DNA from: Pseudomonas phage phi297
Length of the DNA: 49,135 bases
Sequence record: HQ711984.1
Reading direction: 5' to 3' (one strand)
Both the position numbers and the translations under genes were made by a program. The notes under the pieces are model-generated. The model did no database searches. It was not told where the DNA came from and worked only from the letters and a program-made list of their open reading frames with translations. Shown here one piece after another: positions 7,571-15,491 of the stretch. Numbering within the stretch: the stretch's first letter is position 1; each line of letters starts with the position of its first letter.

Positions 7571-9316
7571 TCAGGCCGCAGCCTGTTGCTGCTGGTCGGC
7601 GAGTTGCCCGGCGTCGATCCAGACCGCTTGTAGCCAGGCCGGCGTCTTCGCCATCGGTTCCTTGAGCGTGCCGGCGACGATCAGCGTGTCGATCTCGCCG
7701 CCGGCGGCCAGGCTCTGGAACAGCTTCATCGCCTGCTGAGTGCGAGCAGGGATATCCAGCACGTCGAAGCGATCCAGCAACGCCAAGCGCAGGCCGGAAA
7801 TCGTCGCGATGGCCAAAGCGATGGTCGTGTCGCACCGCCAGCGCTCCGACTCGGACAGCAGGCCGTAGATCCGGCCGCCGAACGTGACGTCGATGTCGGC
7901 GCTGATCTGTACCGGCGACCAGCCGGCGGTGCCGGACAGGCGCTGCAGCAGCTCGTTCACCGGTCCGATCGCGTCGGCCAGGATTTCCGCCGGGATGCCC
8001 GTGGGGGAAAGGGCATCGGCCAGGGCGCTCCAGGCGCAGACCTCGGCGTGGAAGTCGGCGGCCTGCTTGATGACGTCCTGGCGCTGCGCGGCGGCGTTGA
8101 ACGCTTCCTGCAGCGACTGCACCTTGGCCTGCTGCCGGTCACGCGCCTGGCGCAGCTCGTTGATCGCCTGTTCGCCGTTGGCGATCGCCTCGGCGCTGGG
8201 CGCCTGGGCGGTTTCGGCTTCCAGCGCGGCGGCCTGCGCGGCGGCGTCCTCGCTCTCCTTCAGGTCCCGCTGGCTGTTGGCGACGGCCCGCTGAGCGCTG
8301 GCAAGATAGCCGCGGTATTCCTCCAGGCGTTTCGCCGCCTCGGGATCGGCAACCTTCGCCGGCGGCTGGTGCGGGACCAACTGGCCGGCCTGCAGGTCCA
8401 CGGCGCCCTGGCAATGAGGGCAGGTCAGCGGCTGGTGGGCGGGCTCTCCGCTGGCGGCGGCCTCGGCCGCCATGACCTTCTCCGACCATTCGTCCTGATT
8501 GGCCTCGTCGGTGGCCAGCTTGTTGCGCCGCCGGTCGGCCAGCGCTGCGGTTTCGCGCAGAGCGGTGATGCGGCTGGCCCGCGCCTGGGCGTCGGCGTGG
8601 GCGCGCTTGCTGGAGCCCAGGGTCTGCTGGGCCTCGTCCAGGTCCTGGGCGGTGGCTTGCAGTTCCGCGCGCGCCGATTCCAGTTCCTCCTCGCTGACGA
8701 TGGCTGGCGGCGCCTCCGGCTCCCACCCGTTCGCCTTGTCGCTGCCGTAGTTCTCGCCGGTGACCGCTTTCCAAGCGCCGCGCGCTTCGCTGGCGTAGGC
8801 CTTGGCCTGCTCGACGGCTGCCGGGAACCCGGAGCGGAGCAGGGGTTTCACCTTTTCGAAGAGCGCCAGGTCCAGGCCTTTGGCTTCCAGCCGCTTGCCG
8901 ACCTCGGCCGGGCTGGCGCTGGCGCCGGTCAGGTCGAACAGCACCCGGCGGCGATCTTTTGTGTCCAGAGCGGCGAAGCGGCTGGCGTCGAGCACGAACG
9001 GCAGGAACGGCGAGTCGGCGAGGGGCGAACCCTTGCCGCTGGGCAGCGCGACGCCGCAGGCCTGCACCTCGCCGGATTCGTCCAGCCACTCGACACGGGC
9101 CTCGCCCTTCTTGGCGCCCTCGGTGATCAGTTGGCCGATATGCTGCTTCTGCGCAACGCGGCCGGGCTTGCCGGTGAAGGCGTGGCTGATGGCGTCGAGC
9201 AGCGAACTCTTGCCGGCGCCGTTGTGGCCGGCCACCAGGAGCACCGGCGCAGAAACATCTAGGGCCGCATGACGCAGCCCTTGGAAGTTGGTGATTTCGA
9301 GTTTCGTGATGCGCAT
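7571..9316 (-). CDS. SbcC/Rad50-like SMC-family ATPase (zinc-hook CPHC)
   Basis: 581 aa. Walker A GHNGAGKSS at the N-terminus. Long coiled coil with CPHCQG hook. C-terminal LALLDRFDVLD Walker B/D-loop. RBS GGAG. Confidence 0.8.
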   Translation of the reverse strand: MRITKLEITNFQGLRHAALDVSAPVLLVAGHNGAGKSSLLDAISHAFTGKPGRVAQKQHIGQLITEGAKKGEARVEWLDESGEVQACGVALPSGKGSPLADSPFLPFVLDASRFAALDTKDRRRVLFDLTGASASPAEVGKRLEAKGLDLALFEKVKPLLRSGFPAAVEQAKAYASEARGAWKAVTGENYGSDKANGWEPEAPPAIVSEEELESARAELQATAQDLDEAQQTLGSSKRAHADAQARASRITALRETAALADRRRNKLATDEANQDEWSEKVMAAEAAASGEPAHQPLTCPHCQGAVDLQAGQLVPHQPPAKVADPEAAKRLEEYRGYLASAQRAVANSQRDLKESEDAAAQAAALEAETAQAPSAEAIANGEQAINELRQARDRQQAKVQSLQEAFNAAAQRQDVIKQAADFHAEVCAWSALADALSPTGIPAEILADAIGPVNELLQRLSGTAGWSPVQISADIDVTFGGRIYGLLSESERWRCDTTIALAIATISGLRLALLDRFDVLDIPARTQQAMKLFQSLAAGGEIDTLIVAGTLKEPMAKTPAWLQAVWIDAGQLADQQQQAAA

Positions 9317-9319
9317 GGC

Positions 9320-10291
9320 TCACTCCAGGGTGATGGGCGCTTCGGCCGGGGCCTTCTCGGCAACGGTCACGCGGTAGGTGTTGAGGTCTGGTGTTTCGCC
9401 TTCGGCGTCCAGCGTGATCACGCCGTCGTCGAGCAGCTTCAGGGCCACGGCCAGCGACTCGTCGGTGCTCAGCGCGAAGCGGGACTGCAGCCAGCCGGGG
9501 GTGATCTGGTCCTTACGCAGCACCAGGACAGTGATGTCGTCGATGGTGTGGCCGCCGTAGGTTGTGTCGCCGGGCTTGGCGGCGCTGCTCAGCAGGTCTT
9601 TTTCCGGTTCCGGCGGCGATTGCAGGATCACCTCGCGCTCGCCGTTGGAGTTCGGTGCCGATACGACCCCGGCCGCCTCCATCGCTTCAACGATGCGCGC
9701 GGCACGGTTGTAGCCGATCTTCAGGTGCCTCTGGATGGAACTGATGGTTGCCTGGCGGGTGTCGCGGACATGTGCGACAGCCTCGAGGTACAACTGATCT
9801 TCACTGCCATCGCCCAGCAGCCCCTCTGCGACGTTGCCAGCGTGCAGCGGCATTTCGTGCTGGTCGCGGTCGGGACGGACGTCGTCCAACCCCTCGTCGT
9901 AATCGCTCGGTGCCATTACCAGCAAGCACAACTTGCCAGCAGCGTCGGTCAATTCGTGCTTGTTCGGCTCTGCGCCGTCTACCTTCGCCGTGATCGTCAT
10001 GGTCTTGGCTTCGACCTTGATCGCTTTCATATCGACTGGAACGGAGACTGCGCCGCGGGAAGCAATGATGCTGATGGCCACCCTGGTCACTTCGCTCACG
10101 CTTTCCGCTATGCGATCGATCACTTCCTGCTGCTCGTCTTCCTTCAGCAGGTGGAAGGGCACACGGACACTGCGCAGTTCGGTGACCACCGTGTTGACCA
10201 GGTCGCGCTCCAGCAACTCGTGCGCGATAGTGCTTGGGTAGTAACCGTGTAGTTTGGCGCGGTCGATGATCTCGCGGTGTTCGGCTTTCAT
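9320..10291 (-). CDS. phage protein with FtsK-gamma (KOPS-binding winged-helix) domain
   Basis: 323 aa. Central [31 protein letters not shown] matches the FtsK gamma motif. RBS AGGAG. Confidence 0.7.
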   Translation of the reverse strand: MKAEHREIIDRAKLHGYYPSTIAHELLERDLVNTVVTELRSVRVPFHLLKEDEQQEVIDRIAESVSEVTRVAISIIASRGAVSVPVDMKAIKVEAKTMTITAKVDGAEPNKHELTDAAGKLCLLVMAPSDYDEGLDDVRPDRDQHEMPLHAGNVAEGLLGDGSEDQLYLEAVAHVRDTRQATISSIQRHLKIGYNRAARIVEAMEAAGVVSAPNSNGEREVILQSPPEPEKDLLSSAAKPGDTTYGGHTIDDITVLVLRKDQITPGWLQSRFALSTDESLAVALKLLDDGVITLDAEGETPDLNTYRVTVAEKAPAEAPITLE

Positions 10292-10303
10292 CCGGTGGAG
10301 CTC

Positions 10304-10504
10304 CTATTCGTTGGCAATCCGCTCCAACTGCTCGAGTTGGGCGTCGCTGAGGTAGGTGTGGGCGCCGTAGCGCTGGAAGTTGCTGCGGAGGTCGGCCAGG
10401 AACTGCTCGTCCCAGTCCGTAGCGGCGTTGAGCTCAGCCGCGCCGAGTAGCGCGGCGAACTCCCCGACCTGGCCGTACCGCTCAAGGACAGTGAGGCTGG
10501 GCAT
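10304..10504 (-). CDS. hypothetical protein (66 aa)
   Basis: Track ORF tightly packed between RecT and the FtsK-gamma gene. Confidence 0.45.
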   Translation of the reverse strand: MPSLTVLERYGQVGEFAALLGAAELNAATDWDEQFLADLRSNFQRYGAHTYLSDAQLEQLERIANE

Positions 10505-10510
10505 GGCCGG

Positions 10511-11344
10511 TTACTCGAGGTTGAGCTCGTCGGTGCCGGTGTCCGGCTGCTGATCGGCGGGCTGGCGCTGAGCCGACTTGGTGATCTCGCCACTGACGGT
10601 GTCGATCACTTCTCCGGGTTCGTGTTCCAGAGCCTGCTGGCCCGCGCCCGGCACCTTGTCGGTGACTTCCTGCTGGCGCCGCAGCACGTCGAGGTCGACC
10701 GTGAACGAGCCGTCGGCGTCGCGCTTGGCATCGATGACGTCCTGCAGCTCTTCAGCGGTCTGCAGGCCCATGCCGAGGTCCGGCGCATAGGCGCGCTGCC
10801 AGAATGCGGCGGCGCGGTAGATGAACATCTGGTCCGGCATCGTCTTCCACTTGCTGCCGTTCTTCGCTGCCCAGCCTTCGTCGTTCACCATTTTCCAGGT
10901 GACCCAGATGCCGTCGAGGCGTTCGCCGGTGGACTTCTCAATCGCCCAAGCCCGGCAGCCGTAGTCGGAACTGCCTGGTTCGCCTTTCCACTCGTAGCGC
11001 ATTGAGGAGAAGCGACCGCAGGTGTTCACCGTGGCGATCAGAAACTTACTCGACCAGCCCGGGGTGCCATGCACGATGTAGAGGTTCTGCATGACCATTA
11101 GCGGGTTCGCGCCCATGCGCTGGGCCATGTCCAGCGCAATCATGCAGTTGGGCAGGTTGCCCTGGTACTGCTTGGGCACCAGGTCAGCCTGGCTGAAGGC
11201 CTTGGCGATGCGCTGCATCAGCTCGAAGCCGTCCATGTTGAAGAACGACATAGCGACAGGTGCCTTGTCGCGCTGACGCGGAGCCACGGCTTGCGTCTGC
11301 AGGGTTTCGAGGGTGGTTGTCTGGCTCATGGTGTCTCCGGTCAT
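10511..11344 (-). CDS. recT: RecT-family single-strand annealing protein
   Basis: Family-level resemblance to RecT-type annealing proteins, adjacent to the exonuclease gene. ATGA overlap with the exonuclease stop at 11341-11344. An alternative ATG at 11329 has a GGAGA RBS. Confidence 0.65.
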   Translation of the reverse strand: MTGDTMSQTTTLETLQTQAVAPRQRDKAPVAMSFFNMDGFELMQRIAKAFSQADLVPKQYQGNLPNCMIALDMAQRMGANPLMVMQNLYIVHGTPGWSSKFLIATVNTCGRFSSMRYEWKGEPGSSDYGCRAWAIEKSTGERLDGIWVTWKMVNDEGWAAKNGSKWKTMPDQMFIYRAAAFWQRAYAPDLGMGLQTAEELQDVIDAKRDADGSFTVDLDVLRRQQEVTDKVPGAGQQALEHEPGEVIDTVSGEITKSAQRQPADQQPDTGTDELNLE

Positions 11345-12144
11345 TCGTGGTAAGGGCAGGTCCGCCAGCGCGGACAGTACTTCGGGCTGCAAAGTGGGCT
11401 TTGCGGGTTCGGCGGGAAGAGGCCGGAACGGAACATGTCGGCCGCGAACTTGATCAGGCCGTGGTGCGACTCGCTGCCAGCCATCATCTGGCGCGCGCCG
11501 ACGATCTCGCCGACTGCCGCCTCGGGCTTGCCCTTGGTCTTCAGGCCGATGATCTCGGCCGGCGCGGTGATCGCATCGCCGGTGGTGTGCTCGTAGAGCA
11601 GTTCGTAGGTGCCGATCTGGGCCTTGTTCCCCTTGGTCTTGGCCACGCCCTGGCTCACCGCAGCGCCGCCGGTCTTCACGTCTGCGATGCCGACGCCGTG
11701 GCTATCGCGCTTGATGCGGGCGCGGTCGAGCTGGCCAGTGAGGCGGACGATGACCCCGCCGCCGCAGTCGATCTCCATCGGCTTGGTCGTCAACTCGACG
11801 GCGACGAAGTCGTAGTGCGGGCTGATGTCGTTGCAGTACTTCGTGTGCAGCGTCAGTCCGGTGGACTCGGCTTCGCGCGGGCTGATGTCGGAGCCGCGCC
11901 AGTCGACCTCGAACTCCGGCTGCTGCAGCGTGTGCACCAGCAGTTCCGAGGCGTCGTAGGCGCTGATCGGCTCGCCGTTGACCCGTGCCGCGTCGAACGC
12001 GGCGGTGCTGGCGTGGATCGCGGTACCGAGCAGCGCCCGGGGGGATGAAGGGCTGCGCATCTTCAGGAGGTGTACGCCCTCCCACTTGAACGCGCAGTCG
12101 AACAGCGCGCCCCAGGACGAGGCGCGCACGGTGATGGTTTGCAT
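11341..12144 (-). CDS. PD-(D/E)XK exonuclease, Cas4/RecB-like with Fe-S cysteines
   Basis: 267 aa. N-terminal Cys (DCAFKW) plus C-terminal CSPKYCPRWRTCPYHE cluster typical of Cas4-like nucleases. Partner of RecT. Confidence 0.75.
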   Translation of the reverse strand: MQTITVRASSWGALFDCAFKWEGVHLLKMRSPSSPRALLGTAIHASTAAFDAARVNGEPISAYDASELLVHTLQQPEFEVDWRGSDISPREAESTGLTLHTKYCNDISPHYDFVAVELTTKPMEIDCGGGVIVRLTGQLDRARIKRDSHGVGIADVKTGGAAVSQGVAKTKGNKAQIGTYELLYEHTTGDAITAPAEIIGLKTKGKPEAAVGEIVGARQMMAGSESHHGLIKFAADMFRSGLFPPNPQSPLCSPKYCPRWRTCPYHE

Positions 12145-12151
12145 GGTTGGC

Positions 12152-12247
12152 TCACTTCCCGGCGATGGGTGCCGTGGCGGGTTGTTCGGCGGTGATCAGA
12201 CCGCCCCAGGCAGAGGCGAAGATGAGCAGGATGTAGAAGGCAGTCAT
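12152..12247 (-). CDS. possible 31-aa hydrophobic microprotein (MTAFYILLIFASAWGGLITAEQPATAPIAGK)
   Basis: Short ORF ending 8 nt before the exonuclease start. No clear SD, so weak. Confidence 0.2.
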   Translation of the reverse strand: MTAFYILLIFASAWGGLITAEQPATAPIAGK

Positions 12248-12272
12248 GGCCAGTGCGCCGAGGAGGGTGGCT

Positions 12273-12464
12273 TTACGCTTGGCATTCACGACGCACCCCC
12301 AGGCACTTCCGGCCGCGCTTGATGGTCAGCGCCATGCGATGCGGCAGGTTCACCACCAGGGTCTCGCGCGGCAGGCCGAGCACCGCAGCGATGTCGGCGC
12401 CGGCCGGCATCACCAGGTCGTCGAGTTGGTCGTCGATGATCGAGCGAACGGGGCGGGTGGTCAT
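12273..12464 (-). CDS. small HTH-like protein (63 aa)
   Basis: Internal ATG at 12464 overlapping the upstream stop (ATGA). RBS AGGAG. IAAVLGLPRETL looks like an HTH. Confidence 0.45.
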   Translation of the reverse strand: MTTRPVRSIIDDQLDDLVMPAGADIAAVLGLPRETLVVNLPHRMALTIKRGRKCLGVRRECQA

Positions 12465-12682
12465 AGGTCGATGCTCCTCAGTTCCTGCTGTCTCGCATCC
12501 GCTGCGGCGTCGAGCCGGCGGCGCATGTCGTCGTATTGCCGAGTGCCGATGGCGTCCAGCGTGTAGGCCATCTCGATCTGGCCGCGCCATACCAACTGGT
12601 CGTGGCGCGGGATCACCGACCGACGCATTGCGACGATCGCTTCCTCGATCACGCCCTCGGCGCGCTCATTCGCCCAGGCCAT
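12461..12682 (-). CDS. hypothetical protein (73 aa, MAWANERAEG...)
   Basis: Internal ATG at 12682 with RBS AGGAGG at 6 nt. The longer 182-aa track ORF's Ser/Pro/Arg-rich extension is rejected. Confidence 0.5.
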   Translation of the reverse strand: MAWANERAEGVIEEAIVAMRRSVIPRHDQLVWRGQIEMAYTLDAIGTRQYDDMRRRLDAAADARQQELRSIDL

Positions 12683-12818
12683 CGTCGGCCTCCTGCTCTT
12701 CGTCCTCGGGCTCCGGTTCCGGCTCCGGCTGGTCCCAGAGCGGGTCTCTGGCGAAGTCCCAGGCGTGCTGGGCGTTGCTGCAAGCCGCGCGGTTGCGGCG
12801 CTCGCGGTATGTCCACAT
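12666..12818 (-). CDS. possible 50-aa Trp-rich acidic microprotein (MWTYRERRNRAACSNAQHAWDFARDPLWDQPEPEPEPEDEEQEADDGLGE)
   Basis: ATG at 12818 with RBS GGAGAG at 8 nt. The stop overlaps the start of the 73-aa gene. Below the track cutoff. Confidence 0.3.
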   Translation of the reverse strand: MWTYRERRNRAACSNAQHAWDFARDPLWDQPEPEPEPEDEEQEADDGLGE

Positions 12819-13396
12819 CGGGATGCTCTCCGTGGTTCACCTGCATTCGGCTGAACGCTCACGCCGCCGGGCTTGCCCGATGGGGAAGGCGGGGAGCGTT
12901 CATGCGAATGCGGGCGGTGAAAAAAGCCCGGCCAGAGCCGGGCGAAGAGGGGGAACGCTGCATGCGCAGCGGGGAGTGATCTGACCGGTCGCGACTCCGG
13001 CTCTGGCATCAGTGCGCTTCTCGGGTGTTTGCCGCTGTTGCGGTGACTGTGCTGATGCCCGGAACTTCATCGGCCATTGGCCGCCCACGTGCGCGCTTGT
13101 TCCCGCGCTTCCCGCGTGTCTCCAGGGAGCTTTCGGCTCCCAGCTTCCACGCCGCAGATCACTCCCCGCTGCGCCCTGGCCGATCCAGGAGCAGGAAAGA
13201 GAAGGGCGCCGCCAAGCGCCCTGTCTCCACTTACATGCACCGCCTTATGTGAAAGCGGTTGGGTACAGGCTCGACCGCATGTTGGCGATCTGCCGTTGGG
13301 GCTGGGCTACATGTCGGTATCCTCCGTTGTGCGCGCCGTTCGACCGGCGGGCGCTCGCCGTGGGTTAAACGCCCGGCAATGGGCCAGGAGCCGAAG

Positions 13397-13768
13397 TCAG
13401 GAGATCGCAGTGCAGGACCGCAACGCGACCGGCGCCGATTGGCCTTCGATCCAGATAACCGCGGCCCCGCCGAGCGACACGCTGGCCCGGCCGACGGTGC
13501 GGGTGCGCTGCGGTTCGGCCCCGCGGTACGGCCGGTATTCGATCAGCGCTGGCGCCGGGTGCTCTCGGTTCCAGGCCTCGACCAGCTCCGCCGGCGGCAC
13601 CGGACGGACGTTGCCAATCTGCTGGTAGATCTCGGAGCGGTGGATGGCGACGTCGTCCGGGGCGGTGATGCCGAGGCGCACCTGGTCGCCTTGGCTGCTG
13701 AGGACCGTGACGGTGATGTTGTCGCCGATATGCAGGGTTTCGCCGGGGCGGCGGGTCAAGATCAGCAT
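13397..13768 (-). CDS. CsrA/RsmA-family post-transcriptional regulator homologue with ~60-aa C-terminal extension
   Basis: From the internal ATG 13768 (RBS GGAG). [51 protein letters not shown] aligns with RsmA/CsrA ([33 protein letters not shown]). Total length is 123 aa. Confidence 0.75.
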   Translation of the reverse strand: MLILTRRPGETLHIGDNITVTVLSSQGDQVRLGITAPDDVAIHRSEIYQQIGNVRPVPPAELVEAWNREHPAPALIEYRPYRGAEPQRTRTVGRASVSLGGAAVIWIEGQSAPVALRSCTAIS

Positions 13769-13800
13769 GGTGTGACTCCGTTCGGGGTGGTGGGTGGCCG

Positions 13801-14064
13801 TCAGCCCAAGCGATCCGGGACGACCTTCATTGCCTCGGCGACGAGCTTGTGGGCCCCTTCGGAGTCCACCGTGGCGAACCCCTTTTCGGCGTGGTCCCAC
13901 TGCTCATCCTCGTCGCCGGGGAAGTTGCTGCACGCCACTGAACAGACGCCAAGCCCGTCGGGCTTGAAGTAGAGGCGCACCTCTGGGCCGTCATCCCCGC
14001 GATCAAGCATCACGAGCACCTGGCCCAGGTCTTCGAACTCGAACAGCTTCGCGAACTGCTTCAT
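13801..14064 (-). CDS. hypothetical acidic protein (87 aa)
   Basis: ATG at 14064 with strong RBS AAAGGAGAGGAA. The track's alternative start at 14079 is rejected. Confidence 0.55.
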   Translation of the reverse strand: MKQFAKLFEFEDLGQVLVMLDRGDDGPEVRLYFKPDGLGVCSVACSNFPGDEDEQWDHAEKGFATVDSEGAHKLVAEAMKVVPDRLG

Positions 14065-14075
14065 TTCCTCTCCTT

Positions 14076-14204
14076 TCACGGTTGGCAGCCGGCCAGCGCG
14101 CCGAAGACCACGCGGGCGGTGGTCGCGAGGCCGACCATGAAGATGGCCAGTCCCAGGCCGAGCAGGGCACCCTCACCCACGGCTTTCAAAGTTCTTCTGT
14201 TCAC
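14076..14204 (-). CDS. 42-aa hydrophobic peptide (MNRRTLKAVGEGALLGLGLAIFMVGLATTARVVFGALAGCQP), first ORF of the leftward operon
   Basis: GTG at 14204 with GGAGGG at 6 nt. It has a single TM helix. It lies immediately downstream of the long structured leader. Confidence 0.4.
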   Translation of the reverse strand: MNRRTLKAVGEGALLGLGLAIFMVGLATTARVVFGALAGCQP

Positions 14205-14671
14205 GTCTTGCCCTCCAGGGCGTGTTGACTTCCCGTCTGGCCCTCGGTGGAGGGCCAGCCAGTGAAATCGGTGTTGCTCCCGCGTTCGCCTACTGGGCTT
14301 CTACAACCCGCGGGTGGTGCTTCTGGTGTCTCCGTAAACCGCTCAGCCGGCATGCCGAACGTCGCAGTCTTCTTGCTCGGACGCTGTTACCCGCCACCTG
14401 CGCCTGGGCGATGATTTCTGTCCTCACTGCAAGCGCTTTCGGCGCCTGTCCGCTGTGTTCCCCACCTTTCGGCGGTACCAGGTACAAAGCCACCATCTGA
14501 GTGACCCTGGCAGGGAGCGTGAGCAGTGCAGACCCTCGGCGCGCGATTCCAGATGCGTCGCGTCAGCCTTGAGCCTGGCCGGCAACCAGAGGCCGGCATG
14601 GGTTCCCAAATTGTCAAAAGAGCGCGGCTCGGTGGCCTGGCCAGCGGTGTGTTGCTGGTGTGAGACTGAAT

Positions 14672-14730
14672 ATAAGCGTGCTTATTTTGAGTGTCAATAA
14701 GTCTGCTTATATTTTGATATGAGCGCTTAC
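14672..14730. promoter_or_regulatory. OL-like operator cluster: ATAAGCGTGCTTAT (14672-14685), ATAAGTCTGCTTAT (14697-14710), degenerate ATGAGCGCTTAC (14719-14730)
   Basis: 14-bp palindromes ATAAG-N4-CTTAT with 25-bp centre spacing. The same motif recurs three times between the repressor and cro genes. Confidence 0.55.
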
Positions 14731-14768
14731 CGAATTCGGGCTTGCTCTCTTCAGGGATATTGAAAATA

Positions 14769-14784
14769 CTGTATAAAAAAACAG
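14769..14784. promoter_or_regulatory. LexA (SOS) box CTGTATAAAAAAACAG
   Basis: Perfect CTGT-N8-ACAG with an AT-rich spacer, 5 bp upstream of the RBS (GGAGG at 14790-14794) of the 14800 gene. Confidence 0.6.
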
Positions 14785-14799
14785 TATTTGGAGGTTGGC

Positions 14800-15135
14800 A
14801 TGGCTGCGCAGAAGAAGAACAACCAGGGGAAAGGACAAGTCTCGCCAGTGGAGAAGGTGCGTCTCCGGGTATCAGCGATGATCAATAGTCCGCGGGCTCA
14901 GGTGGAGCGCCGGGCGTCGATCTGGAAGGCGCAGGGGGATTCGGAAGAGGCCTGGCAGCAGGTGCTGGAGGAGTTGGCCGAAACCGATGGACTCGAGATG
15001 TCGCTGGGGGAGGACGGAGTGGTTACGCTCACCTGGGAGGCGGGAGACGAGGAGGGCGTTGAAGTGGTCGATGGGATCGAACTGGTGCAGGAGCCGGACA
15101 TGGTGGTTCAGCGCCTTCACGAGGAGAGGGCGTAG
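14800..15135 (+). CDS. acidic 111-aa protein (SOS-box controlled); candidate antirepressor or DNA-mimic
   Basis: RBS GGAGG. Basic N-terminus (AAQKKNNQGKG), then a very acidic C-half (EEAWQQVLEELAETDGLEMSLGEDG...DEEGVEVVDGIELVQE). Confidence 0.65.
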   Translation: MAAQKKNNQGKGQVSPVEKVRLRVSAMINSPRAQVERRASIWKAQGDSEEAWQQVLEELAETDGLEMSLGEDGVVTLTWEAGDEEGVEVVDGIELVQEPDMVVQRLHEERA

Positions 15136-15279
15136 GCTGAGGTCGAGCCAGCGGGCCGGGGGGACTCAGGCGGACTCTGGATGTGGGGTCAGGCGAGGAA
15201 GGACTGCGCTGTATCGAGCTCACCGCCGGGGCGGTCGTCTACTCAGCGCTGAGTTGGGAGTGAAGGGTAGGAACGAAAA

Positions 15280-15309
15280 GGCCGCGCCGGGGAAGGTTCC
15301 GGCGCGGCC
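15280..15309. terminator. bidirectional intrinsic terminator (11-bp perfect stem GGCCGCGCCGG / CCGGCGCGGCC)
   Basis: A-run before the stem and T-rich after it. It lies between the convergent 14800 gene and the ParA-like/cI transcript. Confidence 0.5.
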
Positions 15310-15460
15310 TGGTCCTTTCGGTGTTGTGCCTTCAAGGACACCTCAATGTATCAAATGCGCGGCTGAAGTGAAAAGGCCGCACTGGAGTCGAGGCGCGGTC
15401 TGTTGCCGGGCTGCTGTCATCCCTGGCCGGCGGAGGGAATCTGTCAAAGGCGGGCAGGGA

Positions 15461-15486
15461 CGAAAAGCCCCGCGGGTGCAGGGCTT
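15461..15486 (-). terminator. intrinsic terminator after the ParA-like gene (AAGCCC-N10-GGGCTT TTCG on minus strand)
   Basis: Hairpin plus U-tract 6 nt after the stop codon. Confidence 0.45.
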
Positions 15487-15491
15487 ATGAT

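Noticed and set aside
8048-9323. 404-aa plus-strand and 394-aa minus-strand ORFs inside the SbcC-like gene
   Set aside because: They are alternative frames of a GC-rich gene. The SbcC-like frame carries the Walker A/B motifs and the zinc hook.
12253-12984. 243-aa plus-strand ORF
   Set aside because: It is antisense to four coupled minus-strand small genes, and the sequence is low-complexity Arg/Ser/Gly.
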